From Octopus bimaculoides (taxonomy: Eukaryota): a stretch of DNA of 64,000 bases. The DNA is taken from positions 21,220,013 to 21,284,012 of the forward strand of contig NC_069004.1 of assembly GCF_001194135.2 (NCBI RefSeq). The letters are read 5' to 3'. Every line of letters begins with the position of its first letter. The first letter of the stretch is position 1. Of this stretch, positions 13,642-27,436 are shown one piece after another. Under the pieces are notes generated by a model. It made no database searches, was not told the origin of the DNA, and was given only the letters and a program-made list of their open reading frames with translations. The translations under genes were made by a program, and so were the position numbers.

Positions 13642-13850
13642 ATTTTATTATCTTTATCTTATGATATTTGCTTTGTTTTATATTATACTCATTTATTGTG
13701 CTTTTAATTGGTTCTTTTCCCTAAAACTATATATTTTTATACATATTTTAATCTATAAAGCTCAATTTAATTTTAAATTTTATAAATTGATTTTAATTGA
13801 GTTTTTACCTGTAATTTTGGATTTTGTCCCTAATATATATATGCTTATTG

Positions 13851-14142
13851 TAGCCTCAGGCCAACCAAAACCTTGTGAGTGGATTTCGTACTCGGAAACT
13901 GAAAGAAGACTGTCGTATATATGTGTATATTTGTGTATGTGTGTGCCTGTGTCTTGTGTTTGTACCCCTACCGTTGCTTGACAACTGATGTTGCTGTGTT
14001 TACATTCCCATAACTTAGCAGTTTGATAAAAGACACTGACAGAATGAGTACTAGGCTTACATAGAATAAATCCTGTGGTTCATTTCTTCAACCAACGGCA
14101 GTGCTCCAGCATGGCTGCAGTCACATGAATGAAAAAAGTAAA
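13851..14142 (+). mobile_element. tRNA-derived SINE, family B (5'-truncated)
   Basis: tagcctcaggccaaccaaaaccttgtgagtggattt...ggaaactgaaagaag...gcttgacaactgatg...ggcagtgctccagcatggctgcagtc matches the intact copy at 42365. Confidence 0.75.
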
Positions 14143-14967
14143 ACAATAAAAATCTATGCCATTTTAATCCCGAGCAAGGCCGGGTATCTCTGCTAGTGTT
14201 TTATAAATGACAACAAAGTATAACCTTTTGAATGTTTGGATAATAAGATTTTTAACCTCAAGTTTGTTCTAATCAAGCAGACCTATGATTAAAGTCATTA
14301 CAACTGTAAACAACACATATTTTCTAGCAAAAATGTTAAATTTTGATAAAACAAACAGGTTTAGTTCATAAATACAACATGAAAATTGAAAATTCAAAAA
14401 CAAAATTTGCAATGCTCTCTAGGATTTTTTTCATACCTACTCTGTCCCATAAACTCTCAGAAATGCAAAATAGAATGGTGATTGTCACAGCATAGCTTAT
14501 TACTTTGCTTTACAGAGACCCACACAAGTAAGCATGCTTGGCTTGTTACTATGGAAACAGGCATCTATATGTCTGTGGATTTTGACTCGTTAAAATTACA
14601 CAAAATTTGCAAACTTTAAAAGCTATTAAATGTTTATTTATTGATTTGTGGTAAAAATGATTTTCATTTAAATAATTCGGATACCCGAACTACATCAATA
14701 CACCAAATTCAAAATCAATTGAAACAAAATTGAAGAAATTGAAATGTGAACGCCAAACAGAAATGCGAAAGCCAAATCTGCCTCAGCCGCATATTTCTCT
14801 ACGCACAACAAATGACATTGTACACACAGTACTGCACGAGACTGTCCTACACTACAAACAACATATCACACAATAGACACTTCTCTACACCCTCCCATAC
14901 AACACCTCATTTCATTCATCCAATCTCTTTTACTTTGTAATCTATGAATTATCCTGTTTTACTTTAG

Positions 14968-15059
14968 AGTATTCAGAAACATTTTGGTGAAGACAAACTA
15001 CAAGATGTCATCAATTTTGGTCTCCATTATATGTCAACAATAAGACTTCCATGTAAACG
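14968..15059 (+). CDS. PMM2: Phosphomannomutase exon (equivalent to human PMM2 exon 4)
   Basis: actttag|AGT ATT CAG AAA CAT TTT GGT...CTT CCA TGT AAA CG|gtgag gives SIQKHFGEDKLQDVINFGLHYMSTIRLPCKR. 92 nt, as recalled for human exon 4. Confidence 0.93.
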
Positions 15060-15339
15060 GTGAGATTTTCCTGCCTGCTTTTATTTTTCTACAACAGACT
15101 TTCCTTTGCAAAATTTAAATCCAGTTCACTTGTGACACTGTAATATCAGGATAATCTTAAAAATCAAAAAGAAAAGCAAACAAAATGTGGATTTATTTCA
15201 TTTAAACCTTTCTACTAGTTTCAGTCCATTCTGGAGCACCAGCATGACAGGTTTAGTTGAACAAATTCACTCCAGAACATATTTTTAAAGTCTGGTACTT
15301 ATGCTGTCAGTTTCTTTTCTTGAACCACTAATATTAATC

Positions 15340-15532
15340 CTACTCTAGGCACAGGACCTTGAAATTTTTGTGGGGAGAGGTGCTAGTTGATTACATCAAC
15401 CCCAGTGCGTAACTGGTACTTATTGCATTGATCCTGAAAGGATGAATGGCAAAGTTAACCTTGGCGGAATTTGAACTCAGAACATAGCGACAGACAAAAC
15501 ACCGCTAAGCATTTCGCCCAGCTTGCCACCTT
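15340..15532 (-). mobile_element. tRNA-derived SINE, family A
   Basis: cctgaaaggatgaatggcaaagttaaccttggcggaatttgaactcagaac...gctaagcatttcgccc. Confidence 0.75.
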
Positions 15533-15737
15533 TACTGAACCACTAACATACAATGGGATTCTGCACAATTTCCATCTACTAAATTCAGATGCATTTGTTG
15601 GCCCAGGGCTATAGTAGAAAACTTGCTGAAAGTATCACCTGATGGGACTGAACCTGAAATCCTGTGGCTGCAAAGCAAGCTTCTTAACCACACAACTATA
15701 TCTATCTTATATCATGTTTTGTGAATGATAATGTAGG

Positions 15738-16260
15738 TGTAGGCATGGCTGTGTGGAAAGAAGATGGCTTCCCAACCACATGGTTTTGGGTTCAGTACCC
15801 TGCTTGGCACCTTAGGCAGATGTCTTCTACTATAGCTTAAGGTTGATCAAAGTCTTGTGAGTGGATTGGTAGATGGAAAGTGAAAGAAACCCATTGTATA
15901 TATGTGTATATACATATATGTATGTATACATATATAATATATAATAAATGCGCCCTTTTAAAGCCTAGCCAGGCTCATGGGCCCGGTTTCCTGGTTTCAA
16001 TGGCGTATGTGTTCCCCAGCTGGACGGGACGCCAGTCCATTGCAGCATTACTCATTTTTGCCAGCTGAGTGGACTGGAACAACGTGAAATGAAGTGTTTT
16101 GCTCGAGCACAACGCATCGCCTGGTCCAGGCATGTGTGTGTGTATATTTGTCCACCACTTGACAACTGATGTTGGTTTGTTTATATCCCTGTATCTTAGT
16201 TGTTCAGCAAAAGAGACTGATAGAATAAATACTAGGCTTTAAAAGAAAAGAAAAAAGTCC
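15738..16260 (+). mobile_element. SINE family B interrupted by a second SINE-type repeat (about 15950-16130)
   Basis: Head is gtaggcatggctgtgtggaaagaagatggcttcccaaccacatgg. The insert carries cagctgagtggactggaacaacgtgaaatgaagtgttttgctc, also seen at about 8460, 10300 and 20040. Confidence 0.7.
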
Positions 16261-17268
16261 CACAGTCGATTTATTCNNNNNNNNNNTTATTAGCTATTAA
16301 CTTTGCAATGTGCTAATCCCTAATTTACAGCCTTTTTTGATGGCATGAGTGGTAGGGTGTACTTTGCACAGAATAAATACCACAAAGTATTTTTGTTTGA
16401 AAACAGTATTTATTGATTTTGTCATCTTTATATTTATTTTTTGCCCATTTACACATGTTATGCTGATTTCTGCATAATGGGATAATTAAAACTGGAACCA
16501 TCATCATCATCATCATCATACATCCGTTTTTCCATGCTAGCATGGGTTAGATGGCTTGACAGGAACTGGCAAGGTCAGGGTCTGCACCAGGTACCATAGT
16601 CTGTTTTGGCTTGGTTTCAATGTCTGGATGCCCTTCCTAATGCCAACCACACCACAGAGTGTACTTGGAGCTTTTTATGGGGTATCATCCCCAGTGCTTT
16701 TCATGTGGCACCAGCACCAATGTTTTTTCTATGGCACCAGCACCCATATCAATGCTGTTTACCTGACACCTTGGTTTTTATGATCTCATTTCTCTTGTGG
16801 TGGGTAGATCTTCTTGAGTACAGAAACGTACCACATATCTTGTTCCTCTGTCATCTCCTTCATAAGGTTCAGTGTTTTGAGATTGGCCTTCAACTGTGCT
16901 GTTACAAAGTGAATATCTTAATCATACTACCATGTCATCACCAATATGAATAAATTATGTTTGGTTGATTGATTCAGATGCTTGACTCCTCTCATGTGCA
17001 ATGTTTTGCTTCCCAACCATGTGGTCTTGTAATCATTTTGCTTTCAAACCACAGTACACAAGCATGTACACTTACATCACACATTCAACAAAGCATATTA
17101 GCCTCATTCCTCTCTAGCTTTCACATCTCCTCTGCATTCATGTCTACATCTCACTACCAAGAAATGCGTTTTACATGGTACCTTGATTTTAGGACATCAA
17201 TTTTGTTGTGGTGGACAGGTCTTCTCAAGTACAGCAATGTGCCATATATCTCACTCCTCTGTCATCTC

Positions 17269-17470
17269 TGGCAGAATCATTACCACACTAGACAAAATGC
17301 TTAGCAGCATTCTGTCCATCTCTATGTTCTGAGTTCAAATTCCACTGAGGTCGACTTTGCCTTTCATCCTTTTATGGTCGGTAAAATAAGTACCAGTTGA
17401 GCACTGGGGTCATTGTAATCGACTTAACCCTTCCCCCGAAATTGCTGGCTTTGTGCAAAAATTTGAAACT
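17269..17470 (+). mobile_element. tRNA-derived SINE, family A
   Basis: tggcagaatcatt...aaatgcttagc...gttctgagttcaaattccactgaggtcgactttgcctttcatcc. Further copies at 18445-18640, 29539-29737, 36191-36390 and 59560-59777. Confidence 0.75.
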
Positions 17471-19742
17471 ATTATTTAGGTAGTTACATCAAATTATCTT
17501 CCTTGGCACCATTGCAGAACCTTGCATGATACTCTCCCTTCATTGCTTTGTGAATGAAATTTTGTAAATTGAAATAGTATGGAAGCTTGCTTGAGGGAGA
17601 AAGGACTGTTTTTGTTTTCAGTGGTAAACTAAATATGTTTTTCAATTTTACTACCACCCGGCCTTTGGATACCATCAGCGGTATCCACTCTGTTGCAAGC
17701 ATTTAGGCAGGTTTGTGATCTGAATATAATTTCCTCTCTTGCTCTCACCAGTGTCAGAGGCCCTGAAAAGGGATCATGGTCATTACTCTTCCCACCACTT
17801 AAGTAATTAACAAAAAGTAAACCAAGCCATTCAGTTTAGATTGATAAAATCAATTGCAACCCTTGACTTAAAAACCCTTTATTTTGTTACCATATTTCTG
17901 TTGAAATAGGCTGCCTTTGTTTCAATTAGCTTAGAAAATAATTTAGTAAGATAATTTTGCCAATATGAAGCTACATTATGGAGCATAAATTAACATGGAA
18001 TTCTGATGGAAGTTTTTAATTTAGATTACTTTAAAAGAAGAAGTTTCTACCCCACAATAAGGGGCCAATCTCGGGTAGGCTGGTTTCACAAGGGTTAAGA
18101 CTAAAATATCTGGATTGATAAAATCAATTATAACCTTGACAGTAGTACCCCAGCATGGCCACAGTCTAATGATAATCCAATAAAATAGTAAAAGAATATA
18201 ATAATGATTCTTCACGTTAGTACTTAACTATAAATTTGTCAGGAAATGGTAAAGTCATTGATGTGGCTTTTACAACAGTATATCACTTGTACTTATTTTA
18301 TCAACTGTTGCAAAACGAAGGACAAAGTCAATTTCTTAGTTGTGTTACAATTCAGAATATAGAGTGATGAAACTAATGACTATAAAGCATATTGTGAATT
18401 GGTCACTCTTGTTTTCTAATATCAAGTTTTTCTAGGGTACCAACTGGCAGAATCATTACTTGCACAGGACAAAATGCTTAGCAGTTCTTCCGATTTTATA
18501 TTCTGAGCTTAAATGCTGCCAGGGTCAAGTTTGCCTTTCATCCTTTTGGTATTGATAAAATAAGTACCAGTTGAGCACTGGGGTTGATGTATCAACTTAC
18601 TCCACCCCCTGAACTTGCTGGCCTTGTGCCAAACTTGAAACCAGCATCAAGTTATTCCATGATTATAGATGTGTGGATTTGCTTCATTGTTGCAATAATT
18701 GTTGGAGTGGAACCTGTGGTTTTCTTGTTGCTTAAGTCATGGTTAGCCCATGAACAGCAGATCTATACTGAAAGGCAAATGTGGAAAACCTGCAGATTTT
18801 TGAAGGGTTAATTGTGGTTAATTGTGGTCTCTTAAAAGAAGTATACTTCAGGGCAAAATCAGCATTTTTGTTGATTTAATTTTAAAGTTTATCTTTTCTG
18901 CTAATTACAAATTTTAGAAACACCTAGATATATATTTTTTTATCTACAGCCAAGACCTAGTCTTGGCTGTAGTGTAGCTTAGTGTAGCTAGGACTACATT
19001 ATTTCTCTATCCTTGTATATCTAGGACTACATTATCTAATAGAGAAATTTTAGAATTCCTGGATGAAATGTTGGGATTCTATTGGGGAAATTGCTTTTAG
19101 GTTGAGCAATTTTTTGGATCTTGCCTTGTGAATTACTTGGTAACCTCACTAGTACTGGTGCCACATAAAAAGCACCCAGTACACTCTGTAAAGAGGTTGA
19201 TGTTAAGAAGGTTATCCAGCTGTAGAAACCATTAGAGCTTGGTACAGTCCTCTGGGTTGCCAGCTCTTGTCTGACTGCCTGACTCATGCCAGCATGGAAA
19301 CAAATGTTAATTGATGATGATGATGGTGATNNNNNNNNNNTGATGATGATGATGATGTACACTATTTTTGTTAAATATTGATTTTAAGGATGTTAATGTT
19401 TTAAATTAACATAAAGCAGTTAATGTTAATTTTGTGTACTAATAAATTGTTATATATACAAGGCTACTCATTTCTTATCATATATGGTGAACAGGTAAAG
19501 ATGGAGATGAAAGAGGAAGAAACTGAGCTGATGTAGCATCATTGTTTTCAAACATTATGTATCTTGGACTACGTCACATGACCCTTTTTATGTTGGTATT
19601 TAGGGTGACTTGACTGCTATTTCTAAAGGTTCCTTCATTGTTTTTTTTTTGTTGTGTGCTGTGGGAGCAGCTATTCAAGCTACCCGCCCTTTTTATGTCA
19701 GATATAGATACAAACTGAAATATTTCTGCTATTATTTTTTAG

Positions 19743-19842
19743 GGGTACATTTATTGAATTCCGCAAGAGTATGTTGAATTTTTGCCCCATTGGACGCAGT
19801 TGTTCTCAGACAGAGCGTGATGCTTTCAGTAAATATGACCAG
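19743..19842 (+). CDS. PMM2: Phosphomannomutase exon (equivalent to human PMM2 exon 5)
   Basis: tttttag|G GGT ACA TTT ATT GAA TTC CGC...TAT GAC CAG|gtaggt gives [33 protein letters not shown]. 100 nt; hallmark RGTFIEFR and PIGR motifs. Confidence 0.96.
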
Positions 19843-20269
19843 GTAGGTTATATATGTGTGTATGTGTCTATATATATATATATATATCAACTGATTGACC
19901 AGACTACTGACTGTTATTGCTGGAAACAATTTGCTTTGCATCCTTTTAGCTTTCAAATGATACCACCCTGCTGAATAGGCAAGCAGGCAGACATTGCCCC
20001 TGATCAGAGGGTTACTTTGTTGCAGGGTTACCTGTTCACAGCTGAGTCAACTGGAGCAATGTGAAATGAAGTGTTTGGCTCAAGAACACAACACACTGCT
20101 CAGTCTAGAAATTGAACCCATGATCTAGCAACACCCTAACCACAAGGTCATGCACCTTCATGTATATATATATATGATTAATAATATCAGGATAATAAGA
20201 AATATTATAAATTTCTACTACCAGTGGCCAGGCATGTAAAAAAATGTAGTCAATAGACTATATATTATT

Positions 20270-20592
20270 CACATAAATACAGTGTACATTTAAACACATA
20301 AGAGGTAAAAATAGAAAAATAAAAATTGAAAAATTAGAATGTATAAGCACAGGGCATATGCTGGATTGCCTTGTGCTTATATGTTTAATCTAGGTGTACC
20401 TGCAAATTATTTTATTTGCTAAAAAAATAGCTGAAACCATGGTCCAGGAGATAGATGGTAAATGTTTTCATTTTTCATTCCCTTCGAAGTTTATTCCTAA
20501 TAGTGGTTTGGATTTTAGCTGTTCTTTCTAGCATTCAAGGAATCCTATGACGGATACCTCTTATGTGTTTAAATGTACACTGTATTTATGTG
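20270..20592. mobile_element. MITE-like element with perfect 38-bp inverted repeats
   Basis: cacataaatacagtgtacatttaaacacataagaggta (20270-20307) and its exact reverse complement (20555-20592). Internal hairpin tataagcacagggc/gccttgtgcttata. Confidence 0.65.
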
Positions 20593-20594
20593 TG

Positions 20595-20639
<45 letters not shown>

Positions 20640-20791
20640 AAAAATGAAGATGTGCGCAAATATTCTATTAACTTGATGCTCAGTGAAAGGAGAGAGTTTT
20701 CAACATTTTGAGCATAGCTCTTCATCGGAAAGGAGAAAGGGAAAAGTCCAAAGAAGGAGAAGGGAAATCGCTAGGGCCCACGTGTAATTAT

Positions 20792-21023
20792 ATTTCTGAA
20801 GTGACTGAAAGTAGAAAGAGATAAAGTGTTTTTAGGGACAGGAGAGTGTGCAGATAGTCAGCAGGTGTGTGTGTATGTGCATATGGGTGCATGTGTGTGT
20901 CTGTATCTCTCTCTCTCTCTTTATATATATATGTGTGTGTATCTATGTGCATGTGAATGTGTGTGGAAGTGTACGTGCATGTATGAGAGGGAGAAAGAGG
21001 GTTGAGGTGGAGTGTGTGTGGGA

Positions 21024-21059
<36 letters not shown>

Positions 21060-24000
21060 TAGCAGTATAGCCCGGCATTGCTCGGGATTAAGCTAGGATT
21101 ATTAAGTGATCAAGTGCTTTATTTCAAACCAAAATAAGTAACATGGACATCATATTTGAGAGAAATCCGTTGAAATTGGTTTGGCTGAAAATGGTTTGCT
21201 GGCAATTTGATTGGGAAATCCCATAAGGAATCAGTTTATTGGTTATTTCCACTCATTGACTGTTTTTTTTAAATGTTGCATTAGAGATCTGCATAGGAGA
21301 AGGTTGATCTGAAGGTTGTATTGGAGATCTGTATTGGAGTAACTTAGGAAAACTTACCAACAGCCTTAACCAAAAAATAAGGGGCCTGTCCCTTCTAGGT
21401 TAACTCTATGAGCAACTTAGCCAATCACTGATATCAGCCGAGTGAGCATTGTTGTTGGAGAAGTCAGCATTGTCCAATAAAAAAGAGGAAGAGTCCATAA
21501 GTCCATGTTGCCATGGTTTGAGAATATGTCTGGCCAATGCTTCTGGATCACTGTTTATAACCACATTGGCTGCAATGACAACTTGTCTATAAAATTTCAC
21601 TATAGACAACATTGCGTGTTCTGCCCTGTCACTGAATCCATTCACACACACACACACACATACATAACAACCTGTGTGCGCGTGCGTATGTGTGTGTGTG
21701 TGTGTCACTGTAGCCATTCATACAAACATACATACATAACCTCTCTCTCTCACACTAACAAAAGACCTTCACCACACTTTCTGTCTCGCATACTCACTAT
21801 AAAAAGGAAATAAAAATAATTCCAGTTATCTCTCTCTCTTTCTATCTTTCTTTCTCTCTCTTTCTCCCTCTCTCTCTTGCACACATACACACACCAGCAA
21901 TATTACACACACACACACACATGCCAACTTGAAAAGAAATCGTCCTCTCTCTCTATCTCTTTCGCTTTTACGACATCGTTTTCCTCTGTCCCTCCAACAC
22001 TTTTTACGGAAAAGGCTGATGTGATGTAAATAAACACACGTGGGTTAAGTGACAGCTTTGGCACTGGTATCGTAAGATCGCCTTTTACCTATTTATATTG
22101 TGTAATTCACTGACAAATTGNNNNNNNNNNNNNNNNNNNNNNNNNNNNNNNNNNNNNNNNNNNNNNNNNNNNNNNNNNNNNNNNNNNNNNNNNNNNNNNN
22201 NNNNNNNNNNNNNNNNNNNNNNNNNNNNNNNNNNNNNNNNNNNNNNNNNNNNNNNNNNNNNNNNNNNNNNNNNNNNNNNNNNNNNNNNNNNNNNNNNNNN
22301 NNNNNNNNNNNNNNNNNNNNNNNNNNNNNNNNNNNNNNNNNNNNNNNNNNNNNNNNNNNNNNNNNNNNNNNNNNNNNNNNNNNNNNNNNNNNNNNNNNNN
22401 NNNNNNNNNNNNNNNNNNNNNNNNNNNNNNNNNNNNNNNNNNNNNNNNNNNNNNNNNNNNNNNNNNNNNNNNNNNNNNNNNNNNNNNNNNNNNNNNNNNN
22501 NNNNNNNNNNNNNNNNNNNNNNNNNNNNNNNNNNNNNNNNNNNNNNNNNNNNNNNNNNNNNNNNNNNNNNNNNNNNNNNNNNNNNNNNNNNNNNNNNNNN
22601 NNNNNNNNNNNNNNNNNNNNNNNNNNNNNNNNNNNNNNNNNNNNNNNNNNNNNNNNNNNNNNNNNNNNNNNNNNNNNNNNNNNNNNNNNNNNNNNNNNNN
22701 NNNNNNNNNNNNNNNNNNNNNNNNNNNNNNNNNNNNNNNNNNNNNNNNNNNNNNNNNNNNNNNNNNNNNNNNNNNNNNNNNNNNNNNNNNNNNNNNNNNN
22801 NNNNNNNNNNNNNNNNNNNNNNNNNNNNNNNNNNNTTGAAAATTGATTTTTACAGCTATACGTGGGTGCCTCTGAGAGAAAAAGTTGACGAAAATGCAGC
22901 TAGGGTCATGACGAAGGTCCTCCTAAAATTGGAGTGACATGCGTGCTAATTTGTGGACGTGCATCAATTACATTCACGTACACACACACACACACACACA
23001 CATCCTGCCTTTTATATATACAGATGCATAGTAGTAAGTGTGCATATGTGTGGAAGTATATGTGTGTGCATGTACATGCGTGTGTGAACATGTGTAATGG
23101 CGTATGTGTGGATGTGTATATGCATATGTGTGTGAGTGCACGTGTGCGCCTGTATGTGTGTGCGGATGTGCATGCATGTGTGTGTGGTGTGTGCATGCGT
23201 GGGTGTGTGATAGGGTGTGAGGGGCGAGATGACAAATGTGTGAGTGCGTTGGTGTTGTTATAAGTGTATTTGTGAGTGTCTGTGTATATGTGCGTATGAG
23301 TGGGGGGAATCTGTGGGTGTGTGTGGCTGTGTATGAGTGTATGGAGATGTGTGTGGCTGTATATATATGAGTGTGCTTATAAATGTGTGTATGTGAATAA
23401 AAAAATTAAAAATACAAATTAAAATGAAAATAAAAATGAAAACATTGAAAAATAATAATGAAATTAAGATTATCTAAATAAATAACAGAAATTAAATAAA
23501 ATAAAAAGGTGTGTGGAGAATGTCACTGAAAGGAGGGGTTTGTGTTGAGTAGAAAAGGGGTTTGAGTCAGGGTTAGGGTAAAAATGTAGTGCTGTTCAAG
23601 GTGAAGTCTAGTGTTGGTGGATTTATGGTGTTCTTACATAGACAAATGCCTCGTAGGTGTTTGGTGAACTGGTCAGCTAACCAATGGCCCATCTGACCAA
23701 CATGAAGTTTGAGGAAGTGTAGGAGAAGGAGTTGCGGATGTAGAGGGTGTGCTGCTTAGAACATTTTATTTTATTTAATTTCTGTTATTTATTTATTTAT
23801 ATACTGTTTTATTATTTTTCAATGTTTTAATTTTAATTTTTATTTTAATTTGTATTTTTAATGTTTTTATTCACATACACACACTCACACATATACCCAC
23901 ACATTCATACGCACACCACGAATACATACACACTAATAACAACACCAATACACTCACACACTTGTCATCTCACCCCTTACACATCTCACACACACATGCA

Positions 24001-24669
24001 CATCCATGTGCATACACACACATCCATGCATGCACACTTATGTGCACTCACACATGCATGCATGTACACACATCCACACACACACACATGCTCTTACACA
24101 TACTCACAATCATACGTACACATACACACACATATATACTCCCACACATTTACGCCCACTACTATGCATATAGATACACACTCCCATACATGCCTGCCCA
24201 CACATATACTTGTGTATACGCACACAAAAACCCCCACACACTCTACCTCACCCCTCTTTCTCCCTCTCATATATGCATACACACACATGGATGCACCTAT
24301 ACCTCCAAACACAACACATATGCACACACATACACACATCTACATACACTTCCACACACACTCACACACACACATAAAGAGAGAGAGATACACAGAGCAA
24401 CACACATGTGCACCCATACACACATACATACACACACATTCCCACTCCGGCCACATGCAAACACACACACACTGCCACACCTACCTTTCATGACTGCCGC
24501 TGACTTGCTATTGACCACTCCGTCTGCGCACACATGCAAACACACCTTTCACGACTACCACTACACACATGCTACTACATACACACACCTACTGACCATC
24601 TTCACACTCTCCTGTCCCTAAAAAATGCTTTCTCTATCTCCTTCTACTTCTACTGGTCATTTCAGAAAT
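20792..24669. mobile_element. Large foldback element with (CA/TG)-rich arms; left arm split by a Helitron
   Basis: 20792-21030 (atttctgaagtgac...tagggacaggagagtgtg) is the reverse complement of about 24230-24669. 23026-23510 is the reverse complement of about 23760-24200. Loop at about 23510-23760. Confidence 0.65.
21059..23024 (-). mobile_element. Non-autonomous Helitron
   Basis: On the minus strand: A|TCtgtatatataaaagg 5' end at 23024; 3' hairpin cccgagcaatgccggg and CTAG|T at 21059; spans a 715-nt gap. Confidence 0.7.
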
Positions 24670-27436
24670 GTAACTCCACATGGGCCTTGATGATTTTCCT
24701 TCTCTTTCTTTAGTCTTTTCCCTTTCTCCTTTCCAACAAAAGGCAATGCTTGAAACATTAAAAACTCCCTCCTTTCCCTGTCTTTCAAGCTAATATAATT
24801 CTTCTGCATGTCCTCATGTTCGGTTTTTTTCTTTTTTCGATTTTTGGGTTGTTTGTTCATTGAATTGACTATTTATTGCATGCTCACACAGACAGTTCTC
24901 CTCCTTCTGACTGTTTTGGAGCACCTGATTCATGGATTTCTTACTCTACCATTGGATTATGTTACCTTTGAATTCATTCAAAGTATGTCATTTCTGCATC
25001 TTTTCATGTTGGCTAAATATTTTTTCATACTATCTCTTAAATAATCCTTACTTGTTCATGATGCGCCTGCCCATTCCTGTCCCCACCACCAATTCCGGAT
25101 ATCTTACTTCTCTCACTGGAAACCCCCTCCCTCACTGGTGGTCTCCTCTATCATACCTGCAATCTCACCTCTCTCCCCCTCTCTCTCAGGACTAACACAA
25201 TCAGTTTAGCAGCCCACCTACTTAACCTAACATTGGCACATTGATATTCACATTTACAATTCTCCAAACCAGATCTCTATTTGCACACTGAACCTGCTCT
25301 ACACGCATGCATTTTTCACACTTGGGCATTTCAACAAGCCACTACCACTAAACATCCTAACCACACGATAGCATATGCACCAAAAAATATACAGAAATGC
25401 TTAAATAATTTCAACACAGCATAATATGCTTACGAAATACTTCCCTCTGTTTTATGAAAGTATCTCCAAAAATGAACAAATTTGCTGTCGATCCAAGAGA
25501 CATAACTTACCTTTTAAAATACTGAGTTAACATCCCCTCCAAGTGAAACAAACATTCACTCTTAATTCTTTTATTCAAACAATCTTTTTTATTAATGGTA
25601 GACATTTTGTAAACAAACCTGATAATTGCTGAGTTTGGTGATGATCTCTTAATCTAAGCTTGGCCAGATATCTTCCCCTTAGCATGGAGATAACAAAAGA
25701 CTATTAACTGGCAATATGCAGGACTGCATAAAACCTGCTGTTTTGTACAAGTTTTGGGAAATACTTGTTGAAATGGTAAAGTGCAACCCCACCTGCTTTT
25801 TGTTTTGTGCAGGCATCTTCCCACTTTCTATGGCCAATTTTATATCCTCACATCCCCCACTTCTATTTTCCTAACCAATGTACTTATTCTGTAGCCTCTT
25901 ATCACCCCATCATCTCTCTTACTCACTGTGCTATGCCATGCCAACACTTAGAGGAAAATACTTGATTTGTATGCAGAAAGGAGATACTCCCTTCTCTATA
26001 CCTCCGTCATCTATATCCTGCCACCTCTTCTTTCCTCAAATCTTGATGCTTGAATAAGGAGGGATTGTAATCTGATAACCTTTACCCATCCTCAGAGATT
26101 CTCCTATTGTCACACTTTCTTGAACATATTACCTCAAGGATATGCTCTGGACCCTTCATCATCATCTTATTCCTACTTCACACACTGTTCTATCCTGCTG
26201 TATATACTTTGGGGTAGGACTGCATCATCTTCTACCCCCCCCCCACTGTTTTATAACTTTCTAATTCTCTCTTTTATTAACACCCTGACCCCACTTTTCA
26301 CTTTCCCCCTTCCCTAATATTGTCCCTTTTTGTCTCTTTCCTATCACAATCTCTCAACAATAAACTTGTGTAACTCCAGTAAGAACTATCTTGGACCCTA
26401 ATGAACCATCCAACTCATGCTAGCATGGCAGATAGACTATCCCACTCCATCCTTGGGTTCACTTACTCAGTATATTCCATCACTATTACCATTTTGTCCT
26501 TGCCTCTCCTTTACATTAATCCCTGACATAACTCTCCTCCTTTTCTTCTCTCCTCTCTCCATTATTCCCACCCCAACACTGACTCCTCTTATTTTTTCCA
26601 TCTTCTCACAACAGTAAATCTTTTCCACCCATCATGGGGCTTCTCTTTTGGTTTGCAAGCTACAAGGTGATGTCCTTCCCTCACCCCAACAGTTCTAGTG
26701 CCTTAAAAAGCAAACAGTATACTGTGTAAGTGATTGGTAATTGGTTTGAATAGCACCAATGCACAACTTGAGAGAACTTTTTAGTCTTGCTCAGGGTTGG
26801 CCAGCCTGAGGCCCACAGACTTTTATCTTGCAGCCTGCTTGATACTTTCTTGAAATGGGTTTATTTAAACAAACAGTTTTAAAATTTTATCAAAAATTAA
26901 AGATTGTAATGAAAAGGAAAAAAGAAGATACCACTGTTTTTGCAATCATAATATTTCATGTTGAATCAACAATCATCCATGCATTATTGTAATAATAGCA
27001 TGAGAAAGCAAAATGCTTTCAATTCTGTCAGTGTACAAGTGGCCCTCAAAAAACTTTCTGTGACTAAAGTTGCCCATAATGTAATTTGAGTTGGCCAGGC
27101 CTGGTCTTGTTGATAGTAAGGCAACCTCTATGACGCTGGTGCCATGATAAAAGGCACCCAGTACACTTTGTAAAGTGGTTGGTGTTAGGAAGGGTATCTT
27201 GTCATAGAAACCATGCTGAAATGTGACATTGGAGGAAGACATGATCCTTCAACCTTTTGAAATCTTTTGAACCATCCTACTCATGTCAGCATGGGAAATG
27301 GACATAAAATGATGAGGGGAAGGATAATAAATTTAAATATCATTTATCTCATTATAATAAATTTGAATATTTACTATTTCATTGTCGTAGTCCATTATAA
27401 TAGACTTAAATATTTGATTATAATTTATCTGGATAT

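Larger units (their letters stand above)
11953..14196 (+). mobile_element. Non-autonomous Helitron enclosing an AT-rich PLE-like block and a SINE
   Basis: 5' A|TCttacatattaaaa at 11953; 3' hairpin cccgagcaaggccggg then CTAG|T at 14193-14197; inserted at an AT site. Confidence 0.7.

Noticed and set aside
12700-13850. AT-rich hydrophobic frames suggesting a NUMT or parasite organelle DNA
   Set aside because: No mitochondrial gene motif was recognised, T-rich DNA yields such frames by chance, and the hammerhead plus GIY-YIG traces explain the block better.
23861-24621. Long His/Thr-rich ORFs
   Set aside because: Translation artefacts of degenerate (CA)n repeats in the foldback arm.
24860-26700. 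Possible ancient LINE RT remnant
   Set aside because: Only fragmentary resemblance (e.g. PAVLYKF); no consistent frame or strand could be established.
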